64,000 bases of DNA, taken from NCBI GenBank assembly GCA_964016885.1, contig OZ024740.1:130820001-130884000 (forward strand), given 5' to 3'. The translations under genes and the position numbers were made by a program. The notes below the pieces were generated by a model. It worked only from the letters and a program-made list of their open reading frames with translations, ran no database searches and was not told the DNA's origin. This document shows positions 1 through 12,742 of this stretch, one piece after another; the first letter of the stretch is position 1, and each line of letters begins with the position of its first letter. This DNA is from Eledone cirrhosa. Lineage: Eukaryota.

Positions 1-32
<32 letters not shown>

Positions 33-165
33 ATATATATAAATATATATTAATAAGAGGAATTCCAACTTTGTCTGATTTACTCGTTTTATTTACAATC
101 CTTTAAAATATATAATGGTATTATAATGAAATAGTATGATAGAATATTAAATTCTAAGTGTTAAT

Positions 166-204
166 TGAACAAGTACTTTCATGCTTTCGCAATCTTCAGG
201 TTCA
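166..204 (-). ncRNA. Minimal type I hammerhead ribozyme motif
   Basis: Minus strand reads tgaac-CTGAAGA-t-tgc-gaaa-gca-t-GAAA-gtac-tt-gttca: 5-bp stem I, intact core, GAAA-tetraloop stem II, palindromic stem III (aagtactt). Confidence 0.75.
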
Positions 205-325
205 TGATATGTGGTGACAGTCGAGATTGCAATTTTCAATAAATATATATATATATGTCGTTTCAACAGCCAGTTCTAAACTGCTGAAACGGCCTTCGTG
301 TGTCGCCTTTGGACTTGTCAACCCT

Positions 326-382
<57 letters not shown>

Positions 383-426
383 TGAAAGAGAACAAAGGAA
401 CTATTATGACATTATAACAAGTTTAT

Positions 427-473
427 TGCCGACAGCCGTTTCGTCCGACCCCATGGTGGGACTTATCAAGGCA
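427..473 (-). ncRNA. Hammerhead-like motif, U3:A8 core variant (left arm)
   Basis: tgcc-TTGATAA-gtcc..ggac-GAAA-cggctg-tc-ggca on the minus strand; GUC triplet. Confidence 0.65.
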
Positions 474-2285
474 TATAACATGTGATTGCAAGATCATTGT
501 TTACATCAACGTATCACTCAAGACTAGCAGTTTGAATTGTTGTATACATCAGCAACTCCGCTTTAAGGGGGGCTCTTTTATATTAGTTGTCGGGGTCAGG
601 GATTGAAGTTTAAAAATTAGACAAAAATATATAATTTACGCATCAACATTAAACTAAAAGACATGGGGTCCCGCAGAAGCACCTTAGAAAATCCCTCAAT
701 GAGTGCATAAAGCTTACAGGCTCCAATAAACCTATTAGTCTAGAAGAAAATTAAGAGGCTAATAAAATAAGAAAATAAAAATATAAAGTTTCCCTAAAAA
801 ATATATAAAGTTCCTATGAAATTTCTTCTACAGTAAAAAAATTTTTTCCGAAAGAAAAAAACCTTCTTCGCCCGAGATCACGTTTACAAAATTCAGAAAA
901 CTGAATTGAAAACTAGGTTGAAAGAAACTAAACAATTAGAGGTTAATTCAGAGAGCCTTCCATAAATCTCTCAGAAAAGGCCCCTTTAATATTTCCAATA
1001 GGAACTTCTTCCGAGAGACCCTTCGAAGAATTAAAATTCTAGAGAGCCTTTAAGGATAAATATAAAAACGTATTGAGGAAAATGATACATTAAAAGTTAA
1101 AAATTAAAAATGACGGTATTTGGGATATCCGAGGAATTTTCAAAGGGCTGCTTCAACAGATACAACTTAGGCATAATAGATACAATAATCTAAGCAATTT
1201 AAGTAATTTAATTAGGGAGCAATTCAAGGAGTTTATCAAGTTGGGCAAGATTAAAGAAAGTGGTAACTAAGAAAATACATAAGCAAAAAGACAATAATCA
1301 TAAAATGTATCTTTAAGAAGGTATAAGGCAGCTTCAGTGATCTAACCATGTATTATCACAAAAAAACATTCTAAAATTATTGATACAGGATTAAAAATTA
1401 TTACAAAATGATTACAAAATTACCACAAAATCATTACAAAATTATCAAATCATCACTAAATTACCACAAAATCATTACAAAATTATCAAATTATCATAAC
1501 ATTATCGCAAAATTATTACAAAATTATCATAAAATTATTACAAAAATATAACAGGATGAATTGCTTAGATTATTGTATCTATTATGCCTAAGTTGTATCT
1601 GTTGAAGCAGCACTTTGAAAATTCCTCGGATATCCCAAATACCGTAATTTTTAATTTTTAACTTTTAATGTATAATTTTCCTCAATTCGTTTTTATATTT
1701 ATCCTTAAAGGCTCTCTAAAATTTTAATTCTTCGAAGGGCCTCTCGGAAGAAGTTCCTATTGGAAATATTAAAGGGGCCTTTTCTGAGAGATTTATGGAA
1801 GGCTCTCTGAATTAACCTCTAATTGATTAGTTTCTTTCAACCTAGTTTTCAATTCAGTTTTCTGAATTTTGTAAACGTGATCTCGGGCGAAGAAGGTTTT
1901 TTTCTTTCGGAAAATTTTTTTTTTCTCTAGAAGAAATTTCATAGGAACTTTATATATTTTTTAGGGAAACTTTATATTTTTATTTTCTTATTTTATTAGC
2001 CTCTTAATTTTCTTCTAGACTAATAGGTTTATTGGAGCCTGTAAGCTTTATGCACTCATTGAGGGATTTTCTAAGGTGCTTCTGCGGGACCCCATGTCTT
2101 TTAGTTTAATGTTGATGCGTAAATTATATATTTTTGTCTAATTTTTAAACTTCAATCCCTGACCCCGACAACTAATATAAAAGAGCCCCCCTTAAAGCGG
2201 AGTTGCTGATGTATACAACAATTTCAAACTGCTAGCCTTGAGTGATACGTTGATGTAAACAATGATCTTGCAATCACATGTTATA

Positions 2286-2332
2286 TGCCTTGATAAGTCT
2301 CACCATGGGGTCGGACGAAACGGCTGTCGGCA
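2286..2332 (+). ncRNA. Hammerhead-like motif, U3:A8 core variant (right arm)
   Basis: tgcc-TTGATAA-gtct..ggac-GAAA-cggctg-tc-ggca. Confidence 0.65.
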
Positions 2333-2600
2333 ATAAACTTGTTATAATGTCATAATAGTTCCTTTGTTCTTTTTCACTAATATTTCTGCTCTGCGTATAC
2401 GCATAGAGCTTAACTAGCTACCGTCACATACTTGGTAAGTCAGACGTGATCATCGCGATTCACATACGACCTACCATACATCTTACTTATATATATATAT
2501 ATAGAGAGGGAGAGAGAGAGAGAGAGAGAGAGTGAGAGAGAGAGAAAGCGATTATTAGGATTTCAAGCAAAACGTTATACACATATGTATAGAAAGTTCG

Positions 2601-2639
<39 letters not shown>

Positions 2640-2899
2640 ATGTGTGTGTATGTGCGTGTGTGTATGTATGGCTGTGTGTGTGTGCGTTTGTGTCTGTGCA
2701 TCTGTGTGTGCGCGCGTGCGCGTACATAAATAAAACTTAAAAGCACTCCGAATCTTAAAGTAGTAAATTCTCTACGTATGTTCATTGATTTGTATTTTTA
2801 ACTCATTGCATAAAATGGCCACGATATTTTAGGAAAGATTAATCAACAATTTTAGGGAAAGGAGCTACGGCGGAAAATTCCCGTATCCATTTATCTTAC

Positions 2900-3800
2900 A
2901 AGTTAACTTCTTCGACATCAACATAGCCCAACTTCACAAACCCATAAATACTTCCATGTGCTTATCAATAACCTTAGATACATACACATGTACTCTTGCC
3001 ACCCCATATATTTTTCAAAAAATTAGTTAAAATTATTAACGAGGAAAACGCGAAGCTCTCTTCAGACCAAGCCATTTATGATAGGGCCGCCCACTATTAT
3101 ATAACTGCCTTACGCAATAGCCGCTTCCCCGAAAATAGATCCTGCTCTCCAGGTCATTCCCCAAATACTAATGTAATAACACAATTGAAATAAAGCAAAA
3201 CCTGGTTCGCACCCCCTTTGTCATTAAATATCAAAACTGATGTTGGTAAGAAGTTTATAACTCACATATAAACAAACTCTCCCATACATTACAGGTACCA
3301 CCAGATCTGTAAATGTAATACGTTCTAAATTATATACTACGGTACCAGGAACATGAAGTCCCAAATCCTGCTTTAAAAAAAGAGCCCCAAATTATATGGA
3401 TGTACTTGTAAAAGAACCTGACTCATACTCGCAACATCAACAACCCACCATCCCGGTGATAACAACCGAAGCTGAAGCCTCTCCACTGAATCAACACCAC
3501 GGAAATGATTCCTAGAAATACGCAGGTATTCTGACAGCCGGTTTAAAAATCGCTTCTTAACCCATGAAACCACCTTCAGATATCCAAATAAAAGGAGCAC
3601 CATGAAGCTGCTGAATAAAATATGGCAACAGAATTGCAAGGACATTGACATCTCCAACAAAGTTTTCTAGAAGAATCTCTGCCACATCTATATGGATTTC
3701 GATCCGGCAGACTATGCTTTGACGAAAAATGGTGGATATTGAGTAATCTCCACAACAATAACAGACCGCTTAACACACATATATAATTCTTCTCGTCACG
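2900..3800 (+). pseudogene. Decayed Penelope-like RT thumb plus GIY-YIG endonuclease
   Basis: Frameshifted translation gives KLSSDQAIYDRAAHYYITALRNSRF, WFAPPLSLNIKTDVGKKF, FKNRFLTHETTFRY...NKIWQ and RLCFDEK, matching PLE motifs WFNPP..NIGKKF, FKxR..NH..SF and CxLCxxEK. Confidence 0.7.
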
Positions 3801-5365
3801 TTCACACGTTTCTAATTACCTTTGAAAGAACCAGCCTTCTTATCTTTCATTCTTGTGTTTCTCCAAATTATTATCCTTAATTTATTACTTGTTTTCTATT
3901 AGCTAGTTAGCGGCTGTTTGCGTTGTTTCAGTCAATTTGTCACCCTATGAATGCTTTCTATAATAGCTGCAAGCTAATTCATAGAATTAACATTTTTATT
4001 CTTTTTGAAATATGTATTTAACCTGTTTCTGAACACGATTTTCGATTGTTTCGAAGTTGGCCTTGTGTCGAGTAATTTCTTTTTCAGTTGGTGTTATTGA
4101 CTGATGACGTTGCAAAGCAAAGCAGCACGGCACGTGTTATATCCTTGTCAGGCTGTTTCTCGACTATGATATTTCGATGCTAATTTCCCCACGTTTGCTA
4201 TACTATTTGGTTAATATGCCTGATGGATAGTAACTGATTTACAACGTCGCTCAATATTTGTTCTTGATAGCTAATATTTGAAAAGTGGTTTGCAAATATA
4301 TATTTTTTTAAATTGCTTAATGTCGTCATAGAGAAATATAATGTATGCATATATAAATATAATGTGATGTCACTCAATACATGAACCAGTTAGATTAATA
4401 TATTTTTTATTATATCTTATGATGCGATAATGCATATGTAACGATTTATGTTTGTTTTTACTACTGGCTGTATGATTAAGATATGTCTTAATAACACGAA
4501 TTCTTAAAAAAAAAAACAATTTGTTAATAAGTTGTTTTCTAATTCCTCAAGATGCTTGTATTCAACGGTACTATAATGCACTGCAGTTTAGAGAAAGCAG
4601 TTATGTTTGCATATTAACAGCTTCAACGAAATTGTGTACTATGGTTATTAATCACAAGCGCCATACATCAGTGGAATATATATTCCAACATTTATATACA
4701 ATGATATATGCCGTGTTCGACGATTTTACTTAAGGAGAAGTTACTATTAATCTATTTCATTGGCTTGAAAGTACGCGTATATATTTAACATATAACGTTT
4801 TTTCCCGTGTTCTGTATTGAAATGAAAACAAAAAAACAATGGAAGTTTTAAAAGTTGAAGGCATTAGCAGCTGCAAGTTTTGTTGAATGTAAACTCTTAG
4901 ATAAAATATTCCTAGAAAGCACAGACAGGTGTAAAGGTGGTATGAAGATTGTTAGATAGGAAACACAAGAAGAAAGATAAATGGTATAGTTTAGATTATC
5001 ATAAGTAGACCTGTGGGAATTCGATATACGAAATTCATGTTGTCGTTGATGTAATTGTTGTCAATATAGATGGTGCCCTAGTATTATTTTTGTTGGTTTT
5101 AGCTTTATTTATTTTTTTAGCTATTTGAGAAGAAGAAATCTAATTAGATTTAGAGATGCTGACATGACATGAATTGTTGATGAGAACGCTGTTTCAGTAA
5201 ACTATTCTCAATATACAGTTCCTTTCAAGAACCAGAGGCAGATGAAAATTACACCGACATATTTAGTCAGAAAATACCATATAAAATTCAGTACTGTAAA
5301 AATTGCAAACTCTAAGTAATGAAAGGCGTACACATACAGACACACATACTTAAGAACGCTCCCTC

Positions 5366-5472
<107 letters not shown>

Positions 5473-6030
5473 TAGAGAGAGAAAGAGAGATAAAGAGAGG
5501 GGGAGAGAGAGAGGGCGAGAGAGAGGGAGAGAGAGAAAGGTGCAAACACACACAGGCACACGAATATATATATATATATGTGTGTGTGGATGTGTGGGTG
5601 TTTGTGTGGGCGTGTATGTATTAATTTATATATAAAAGAGAACAAGATGTAATGGCATACGCAATATATATGAACTCGCCCATATGTATAATATCGGAGC
5701 CAACTTTTCAATAATCAAGCACGGACACACACGTTCCCATGCACACCTACACACATACACGTACGGATACACATAAAGAAACAAATACGCTTCCCAAACG
5801 CTCTCATTTATATATGTTGGTGCAATATTTAAAGAGAATTTAGGTTCATGTTTATAAGCATGTCATTTGGAAGTGAAAGGAGGCTGAGTCTGTTTCAATA
5901 TTGAGAGCCTTTAGTATGAAATCCTCATTTTTTCCGCATGATAACCTAGCAAATTAACTACTAGCAAATGATGACATTTAATTGTATACTTATATATATG
6001 TAGTGCACCTGAGCACTTTATACAATTTCC

Positions 6031-6039
6031 TTATTATTG

Positions 6040-6086
<47 letters not shown>
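6031..6086. repeat. (TTA)n microsatellite, target of the R4/Dong-like elements (other parts at 8071-8097, 8606-8677, 9336-9377)
   Basis: Seen directly. Confidence 0.95.
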
Positions 6087-8070
6087 GTTTTTATTACTCT
6101 TTGAGTCTCAGTCATTGATGTTAGTTAACTGGAAAGTATGTTGAAATGAATATCAAGCCACTAACTGCAGCCTCAGATATTCAGGACGTATCGGAGGGTT
6201 CTTGCTGTTCCCAGCAAGCATGCCTTTTGAAGCGTTCCAAAAAGCGTGAAGGGGACAATTTTCATTAACCATCTCCCTGGAAACTTTTTGAGATAGTCCC
6301 AAGTGCGCATATGACAATCGGGATCACTTTGACTTCATGGCAGTTCCAAATCCTTTTTACCTCCCACTTTAAGTCCTGGTATCGGTTAATTTTCTCCCTC
6401 TCCTTCTCTTGCTCTCTCGTGTCGAATGGGCAGGCCACATCCACAATCAGGCACGATATTTTTTCTTTGTCTACAACCACCAGGTCAGGTCTATTGTGTT
6501 CCAGTTTCTTGTCCGTCTGTATCCTAAAATCCCACAGCACCTTCAACTGATCGTTTTCTATCACCGACTCTGGCTTATGCTCATACCATTTCTCAGAATG
6601 TGGTAAATTGTTTACTTTGCACAGCTGCCAGTGGATCACCCTGCCCATCACATCATGTCTCCAGCCCTTATAGTGAGTCTGGGCTAGGTGTTTACACTCG
6701 GATACAATGTGAGCCACAGTCTCTCTCTCTCTCCACAGATCCTGCACAGTGGGCTAGCTTCCTCCTTGTAAATGTGGTGTTTCAACCACTTCGTTTTGAG
6801 GGCCTGCTCCTGCGCAGCCATTAACATTCCTTCTGTAGCCTTTTTAAGGTCTCCTCTTTTCAACCAGTTCCATGTCTGTGGATCTCTAAATTCAGTTCTC
6901 TCAAAGAAGGTACTATGAAGGGATTTTTCCTGAAGGCTGCTCTTTCTCCTTGATGTTATTTCCTCCTTGGACATCCCCTGGCCTAGTGTCCCCTCCTTCA
7001 GTACAGTTCTGAGCATTGGCTCCTTACTATCAGTCACGTATTTGTGGAGGTTGTTTTTCTCCATCTGAACACAGTCCTCTATGCTGATAAGACCTCTTCC
7101 ATTCTCAGATCTCCTTAAGTAGAGTCTATCGACATCACTACTCTTGTGGAACATCTTGTAGATAGTCAATAGCTTCCTAGTCTTCCTATCCATTTCTTTT
7201 TGTTCAGCAACATTCCATCTCAGAATTCCCGCACTGTACCTAATAATAGACACAGCTCGGGAATTTACTGCACTTATAACATTCCTACTGTTCAGATGTG
7301 ACTTTAATACGCTCCCTACTCTCCGAATGTATTCAGTTCTTATCAATTCCTTCATTCTATTTTGTCAGCAAGCACATCCAACTCCTTCTCACTCTTCCCG
7401 AAGAGCTTAAGATCGTCCATGAGGAGGAGGTGATTGATGGTAAGCCCTCCTTTCTCAACCTGTATCCTGCTCTCACTTTTCGCAGTGCACTGGTCAGGGG
7501 CATCACAGCAAGGACAAACAACAGAGGGGACAGACTAACTCCCTGGAAGATGCCTCTCTTGATCTTTACGCTTCCCAAGTATTCTCCAGTTGATGTTAAC
7601 TCTGTTTCCCAGGACTTCATACGCTTTCCCAACAACTGTCTGATGTTATCTGCCACCTTGAAGATCTCCAGGCTTTTGGTGATCCAAGAGTGAGGCACCA
7701 TGTCATATGCCTTTTTGTAGTCTATCCATCCCATGGCAAGACCAGTGTGTCTTCTCTTGCAATTCCTCATTACCATCTTATCAATAAGTAACTGGTCCTT
7801 TGTACCACGTGACTTCTTTCGGCATAGTTTCTGTTCGTCCGGTAACAAGTTGTTTGTGTGGAGGTGATAGTAGATTTCCTCAGACATAATGCTTGTCAAC
7901 AGTTTCCACATTACGGACAGACATGTGATAGGTCTATAGTTGGTAACATCATTACCCTTGATTCGGTCTTTCATTATCAGAACTGTGGTACCTTTTGTCA
8001 ACCACTCTGGTACCTCACCTGACATCAAGCAGTCATTGAACATGGTTGTCAGTTTCGGGTGGAGGGATGT
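6087..8070 (-). mobile_element. 5'-truncated R4/Dong-like non-LTR retrotransposon (RT, CCHC, restriction-like endonuclease), frameshifted
   Basis: ORFs 7357-8043, 6684-7355 and 6265-6747: YRPITCL, DYKKAYD, GIFQGxSLSPLLF, CRICG..HIVSEC, RHD, RPDLVVVD..IVDVACP; ends in (TAA)n on the coding strand. Confidence 0.9.
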
Positions 8071-8097
8071 TATATTATTATTATTATTATTATTATT

Positions 8098-8604
8098 GTT
8101 GTTATTCCTTGAATCTCAGTCATTGATGTTGGTTAACTGGAAAGTCCGTTGGATTGAATATCAAGCCACTACCTGCAGCCTCAGATATTCAGGACGTATC
8201 GGAGGGTTCATGCTGTTCCAAGCAAGCATGCCTTTTGAAGCGTTCCAAAAAGCGTGAAGGGGCCGATTTTCTTTAACCATCCCTGGAAACTTTGGGAGAT
8301 AGTCCCCAGTGCGCCTATGACAATTGGAATCACTTTGACTTCATGGCAGTTCCAAATCCTTTTCACCTCCCACTTTAGGTCCTGGTATCGGTTAATTTTC
8401 TCCCTCTCCTTCTCTTGCACTCTCGTGTCGAACGGGCAAGCCACATCCACAATCAGACACGATCTTTTTTCTTTGTCCACAACCACCAGGTCAGGTCTAT
8501 TGTGTTCCAGTTTTTTGTCCGTCTGTATCCTAAAATCCCACAGCACCTTCACCTGATTGTTCTCCATCACCACCTCTGGCCTATGCTCATACCATTTCTC
8601 AGAA

Positions 8605-8605
<1 letters not shown>
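8098..8605 (-). mobile_element. Second, short 5'-truncated copy of the same R4/Dong-like element
   Basis: ORF 8208-8573 (RLE domain) plus the same 3' UTR; bounded by (TTA)n on both sides. Confidence 0.9.
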
Positions 8606-8677
<72 letters not shown>

Positions 8678-9335
8678 GTTATTGTTATTCCTTGAATCTC
8701 AGTCATTGATGTTGGTTAACTGGAAAGTCCGTTGGATTGAATATCAAGCCACTACCTGCAGCCTCAGATATTCAGGACGTATCGGAGGGTTCATGCTGTT
8801 CCAAGCAAGCATGCCTTTTGAAGCGTTCCAAAAAGCGTGAAGGGGACGATTTTCTTTAACCATCCCTGGAAACTTTGGGAGATAGTCCCCAGTGCGCCTA
8901 TGACAATTGGAATCACTTTGACTTCATGGCAGTTCCAAATCCTTTTCACCTCCCACTTTAGGTCCTGGTATCGGTTAATTTTCTCCCTCTCCTTCTCTTG
9001 CACTCTCGTGTCGAACGGGCAGGCCACATCCACAATCAGGCACGATCTTTTTTCTTTGTCCACAACCACCAGGTCAGGTCTATTGTGTTCCAGTTTTTTG
9101 TCCGTCTGTATCCTAAAATCCCACAGCACCTTCACCTGACTGTTCTCCATCACCGCCTCTGGCCTATGCTCATACCATTTCTCAGAATGTGGTAGATTGT
9201 TTACTTTGCACAGGTGCCAGTGGATCACCCTGCCCATGACATCGTGTCTCCAGCCCTTATAGTAGGTCTGGGCTAGGTGTTTACACTCGGACACAATGTG
9301 AGCCACAGTCTCCTCTCTCTCTCCACAGATCCTGC
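8678..9335 (-). mobile_element. Third 5'-truncated copy of the same R4/Dong-like element
   Basis: ORF 8791-9306 (HIVSEC, RHD, PD..D) plus the same 3' UTR; bounded by (TTA)n. Confidence 0.9.
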
Positions 9336-9382
<47 letters not shown>

Positions 9383-9385
9383 CTG

Positions 9386-9435
<50 letters not shown>

Positions 9436-9437
<2 letters not shown>

Positions 9438-9810
9438 AGGAGGTTATAATTCACTTGAAGCATTGTGTAATGAGTTATAAGCGTTTGTATATGTATAATA
9501 AAGCCAAAACAATGCAGGTATGGAGATAGAATAAACAAGGCAAATGCAAAAGATATTGTTGAAAATTAGTCTTTTACCTTAGATTTATTTAAATGTCCTT
9601 AATTTTCGAGATAATATCTCTTCTTCAGAGGGCAGTAAAGCTGTTAATCCAGTGTTCCTTCTGAAGAAGAGATATTATCTCGAAAATTAAGGACATTTAA
9701 ATAAATCTAAGGTAAATGACTAATTGTCAACAATATCTTTTGCATTTGCATTCTTTATTCTATGTCCATACCTGCATTTTTTGGCTTTATTAAACATATA
9801 CAAACGTTAA
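9436..9810 (-). mobile_element. Small fold-back element: arms 9482-9631 and 9657-9806, HHR motifs at 9597-9631 (-) and 9657-9692 (+)
   Basis: About 150-bp inverted arms; cct-CTGAAGA-a-gagat-att-atctc-GAA-aatt-a-agg; unique tail 9436-9481; flanked by (TA)n. Confidence 0.7.
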
Positions 9811-9811
9811 G

Positions 9812-9879
<68 letters not shown>

Positions 9880-10166
9880 GGGGGGGGCGTTGGAGGAGGG
9901 GGGCATATGTGTGTTTGTAATTATGTGTATTTGTAAAAACGGCAATAATAATACCTAGATCCGGGCCATCTACAAATCAAATAGTTTTTCTATATCTTCT
10001 GGTTGTAAATGCCCTGATACCTTTACAGTTTAACTAATTATGCAATTCGGACCTGATTATGTCGCTAGTGTCCTATGTATCCAGGCCATTGAAATATAAA
10101 TAGTCATTCGCAACAATAAAACTTTAAAGGAACATTAACAGTCCTGTCTCCTGATCTTTTCATCAA

Positions 10167-10341
<175 letters not shown>

Positions 10342-10513
10342 AGTATATCTACTAACATATGCGTACAGATGTACGCTAATGCTAGCAAATACACATGTTA
10401 TATCATAGTACCTAGGTGGTCCGATGTAGGAGGATGCAGAACAATAATATAAAAGACGTAAAACAAGAACATTTTAAAAAATTAAAAAAATTAACTTACT
10501 TACTAAAATTTTC

Positions 10514-10595
10514 ACTCCAACTAATTAGTTTCTGCAATGGGATAAAGACAGTTACGTAATCTAACTGTCGAGAATTCATTGCGTCATCAGGGAGT
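10514..10595 (-). ncRNA. Type I hammerhead ribozyme with extended stem II
   Basis: actcc-CTGATGA-c-gcaatg..gacagtta/taactgtc..cattgc-a-GAAA-ctaattag-tt-ggagt; palindromic stem III. Confidence 0.8.
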
Positions 10596-11185
10596 CTATT
10601 CTCAGCTAAGTCTCCAGGCAATGCGCGGACACTGGGGACTCATATAGAAATAATAATAATTCGGTAGATGGAACAGCTAGCGGGGACTGGATTCCATGCA
10701 CTGAAAAGCTCGCTGTCACTGGTCAAATGGCAGATTCTAAAGAATCAATCAAAAAATATTTTTAAAATTTTCTTATTTTACGTCTTTTATATTATTGTTC
10801 ATCATCCTCCTGCATCGAACCACCTAGGTACTATGACATAACCAGTGTATTTGCTAGCATTAGCGTACATCTGTACGCATATGTTAGTAGATATACTAAA
10901 TTCTCTATATTTATCTCCAAATTACTTATTTGTCGAGCAAACCTGCCAAAACCACTACTAATTTATTGGTGTGATAGTAGGCTTCTGTCATCTTACCATC
11001 CCACTCCTACCGACTAGCCTCAGTGTCACGCAATTGATTCTTTAGAATCTGCCATATGACCAGTGACAGCGAGATTTCAGTGCATGAAATCCAGTCCCCG
11101 CTAGCTGTTCCATCTACCGAATTATTATTATTTCTATATGAGTCCCTAGTGTCCGCGCATTGCCTGGAGACTTAGCTGAGAATAG

Positions 11186-11267
11186 ACTCCCTGATTACGG
11201 AATGAATTCTCGACAGTTAGATTACGTAACTGTCTTTATCATATTGCAGAAACTAATTAGTTGGAGT
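11186..11267 (+). ncRNA. Hammerhead motif of monomer 1 (core mutated to CTGATTA)
   Basis: Same structure as 10514-10595 with G8 changed to T and stem II changes. Confidence 0.6.
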
Positions 11268-11727
11268 GAAAATTTTAGACGTAAGTTAATTTTTTTAATT
11301 TTTTTAAATTTTCATATTTTACGACTTTTATATTATTGTTCTGCATCCTCCTGCATCGAACCACCTAGGTACTATGACATAACCTGTGTATTTGCTAGCA
11401 CTTGCGTACATCTGTACGCATATGTTAGTAGATATACTAAATTCTCTATATTTATCTCCAAATTACTTATTTGTCGAGCAAACCTGCCAAAACCAATACT
11501 AATTTATAGGTGTGATAGTAGGCTTATGTCATCTTACCATCCCACTCCTACCGACTAACCTCAGTGTCACGCTATTGATTCTTTAGAATCCGCCATTTGA
11601 CCAGTGACAGCGAGTTTTTCAGTGCATGAAATCCAGTCCCCGCTAGCTGTTACAAATACCGAATTATTATTATTTCTATATGAGTCCCCAGTGTCCGCGC
11701 ATTGCCTGGAGACTTAGCTGAGAATAG

Positions 11728-11813
11728 ACTCCCTGATGACGCAATGAATTCTCGCTCGACAGTTAGATTACGTAACTGTCTTTATCCCATTGCAGAAACT
11801 AATTAGTTGGAGT
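11728..11813 (+). ncRNA. Type I hammerhead ribozyme of monomer 2
   Basis: actcc-CTGATGA-cgcaatg...cattgca-GAAA-ctaattag-tt-ggagt; core intact. Confidence 0.8.
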
Positions 11814-11866
11814 GAACATTTTAGTAAGTTAATTTTTTTAATTTTTTAAAATGTTCTTATTTTACG

Positions 11867-11909
<43 letters not shown>

Positions 11910-11922
11910 TGTATATATATAT

Positions 11923-12007
<85 letters not shown>

Positions 12008-12009
<2 letters not shown>

Positions 12010-12676
12010 TGGTTACACAAAAGATAGTTCACCATACCGAGAACGATTGTTTCATCTTAGCGGATCCTCAGCTCGTAATGGACATGGCCATACTGAACAG
12101 GAAGGTCAACCGTACGAACGCGCATGCGCAGCAACGATCACTTCACACAGGCAGTATTAAATGCGTGCGAGAGGTGTAACGGAGATAACTGCGAAAGCCC
12201 GAACAATTTCCAGTTGATAAGAAAATTAGGATGTTGTTGTAATTCAATCCGCAGCTTTGTAGTTACGTCAGAGGTGTTTCGAGATGTGTGGACAACTTGT
12301 GAATAATCCATTTCTCGCGTTTAGGAAATTGCTATTGCATAATCTTTTAGAATATTTATTCGTTAATCAATACATAGTCCACACGACGGATTTCCCCTTG
12401 CGCATGACTTGACTTAGTGATGGCTTTCCATTGAATGGAATAGTCTATACTCGAGTCCTTGAGAGACCATACGTGGCTCGCGAGTTTCGGGAATGAACGT
12501 CTGCCCGGGTACCTAAAGGTCGACTGGTGGTTGATGAAGCGTACCTTAAATCGGCCCCCCGCCATATTCATATAGGTGTTGACCTCCTGTCGTTGATTTG
12601 GTCGGTTGGACGTGACCCCAGCTTCCTGACTCGTCAAAAGGACTGAGTGCTCTACCACTACGGATATTGCCTTCCA

Positions 12677-12678
<2 letters not shown>
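12008..12678 (-). mobile_element. 3' remnant of a Penelope-like element (GIY-YIG C-terminus, 3' UTR, HHR at 12038-12075)
   Basis: ORF 12356-12772 contains FKVRFINHQSTFR..LASHVWSLKDSSIDYSIQWK; downstream cgag-CTGAGGA-tc..ga-t-GAAA-caatcg-tt-ctcg; between (TA)n tracts. Confidence 0.75.

Positions 12679-12740
<62 letters not shown>

Positions 12741-12742
<2 letters not shown>

Larger units (their letters stand above)
376..2488 (+). mobile_element. Non-coding fold-back element, PLE inverted-pLTR type: arms 376-1199 and 1559-2383, unique tail to about 2488
   Basis: About 820-bp nearly identical inverted arms; one HHR-like motif per arm; flanked by (TA)n; short aaaattatc/aaaatcattac-type repeats in the spacer. 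Confidence 0.75.
10337..11875 (+). mobile_element. Retrozyme-like non-coding element: two tandem ~542-bp monomers (10759-11875) preceded by an inverted partial copy (10337-10749)
   Basis: Direct repeat with period 542 (11186 vs 11728); one HHR per monomer; flanked by (TA)n. Confidence 0.75.

Noticed and set aside
376-2383. Long inverted repeats as TIRs of DNA transposons or MITEs
   Set aside because: Asymmetric one-sided tails, HHR motifs and GIY-YIG remnants in sister elements fit PLE inverted pLTRs better; no transposase or clear TSD.
4095-4140. CTGATGA downstream of the PLE remnant
   Set aside because: No GAAA box or convincing stems; at best a ruined HHR.
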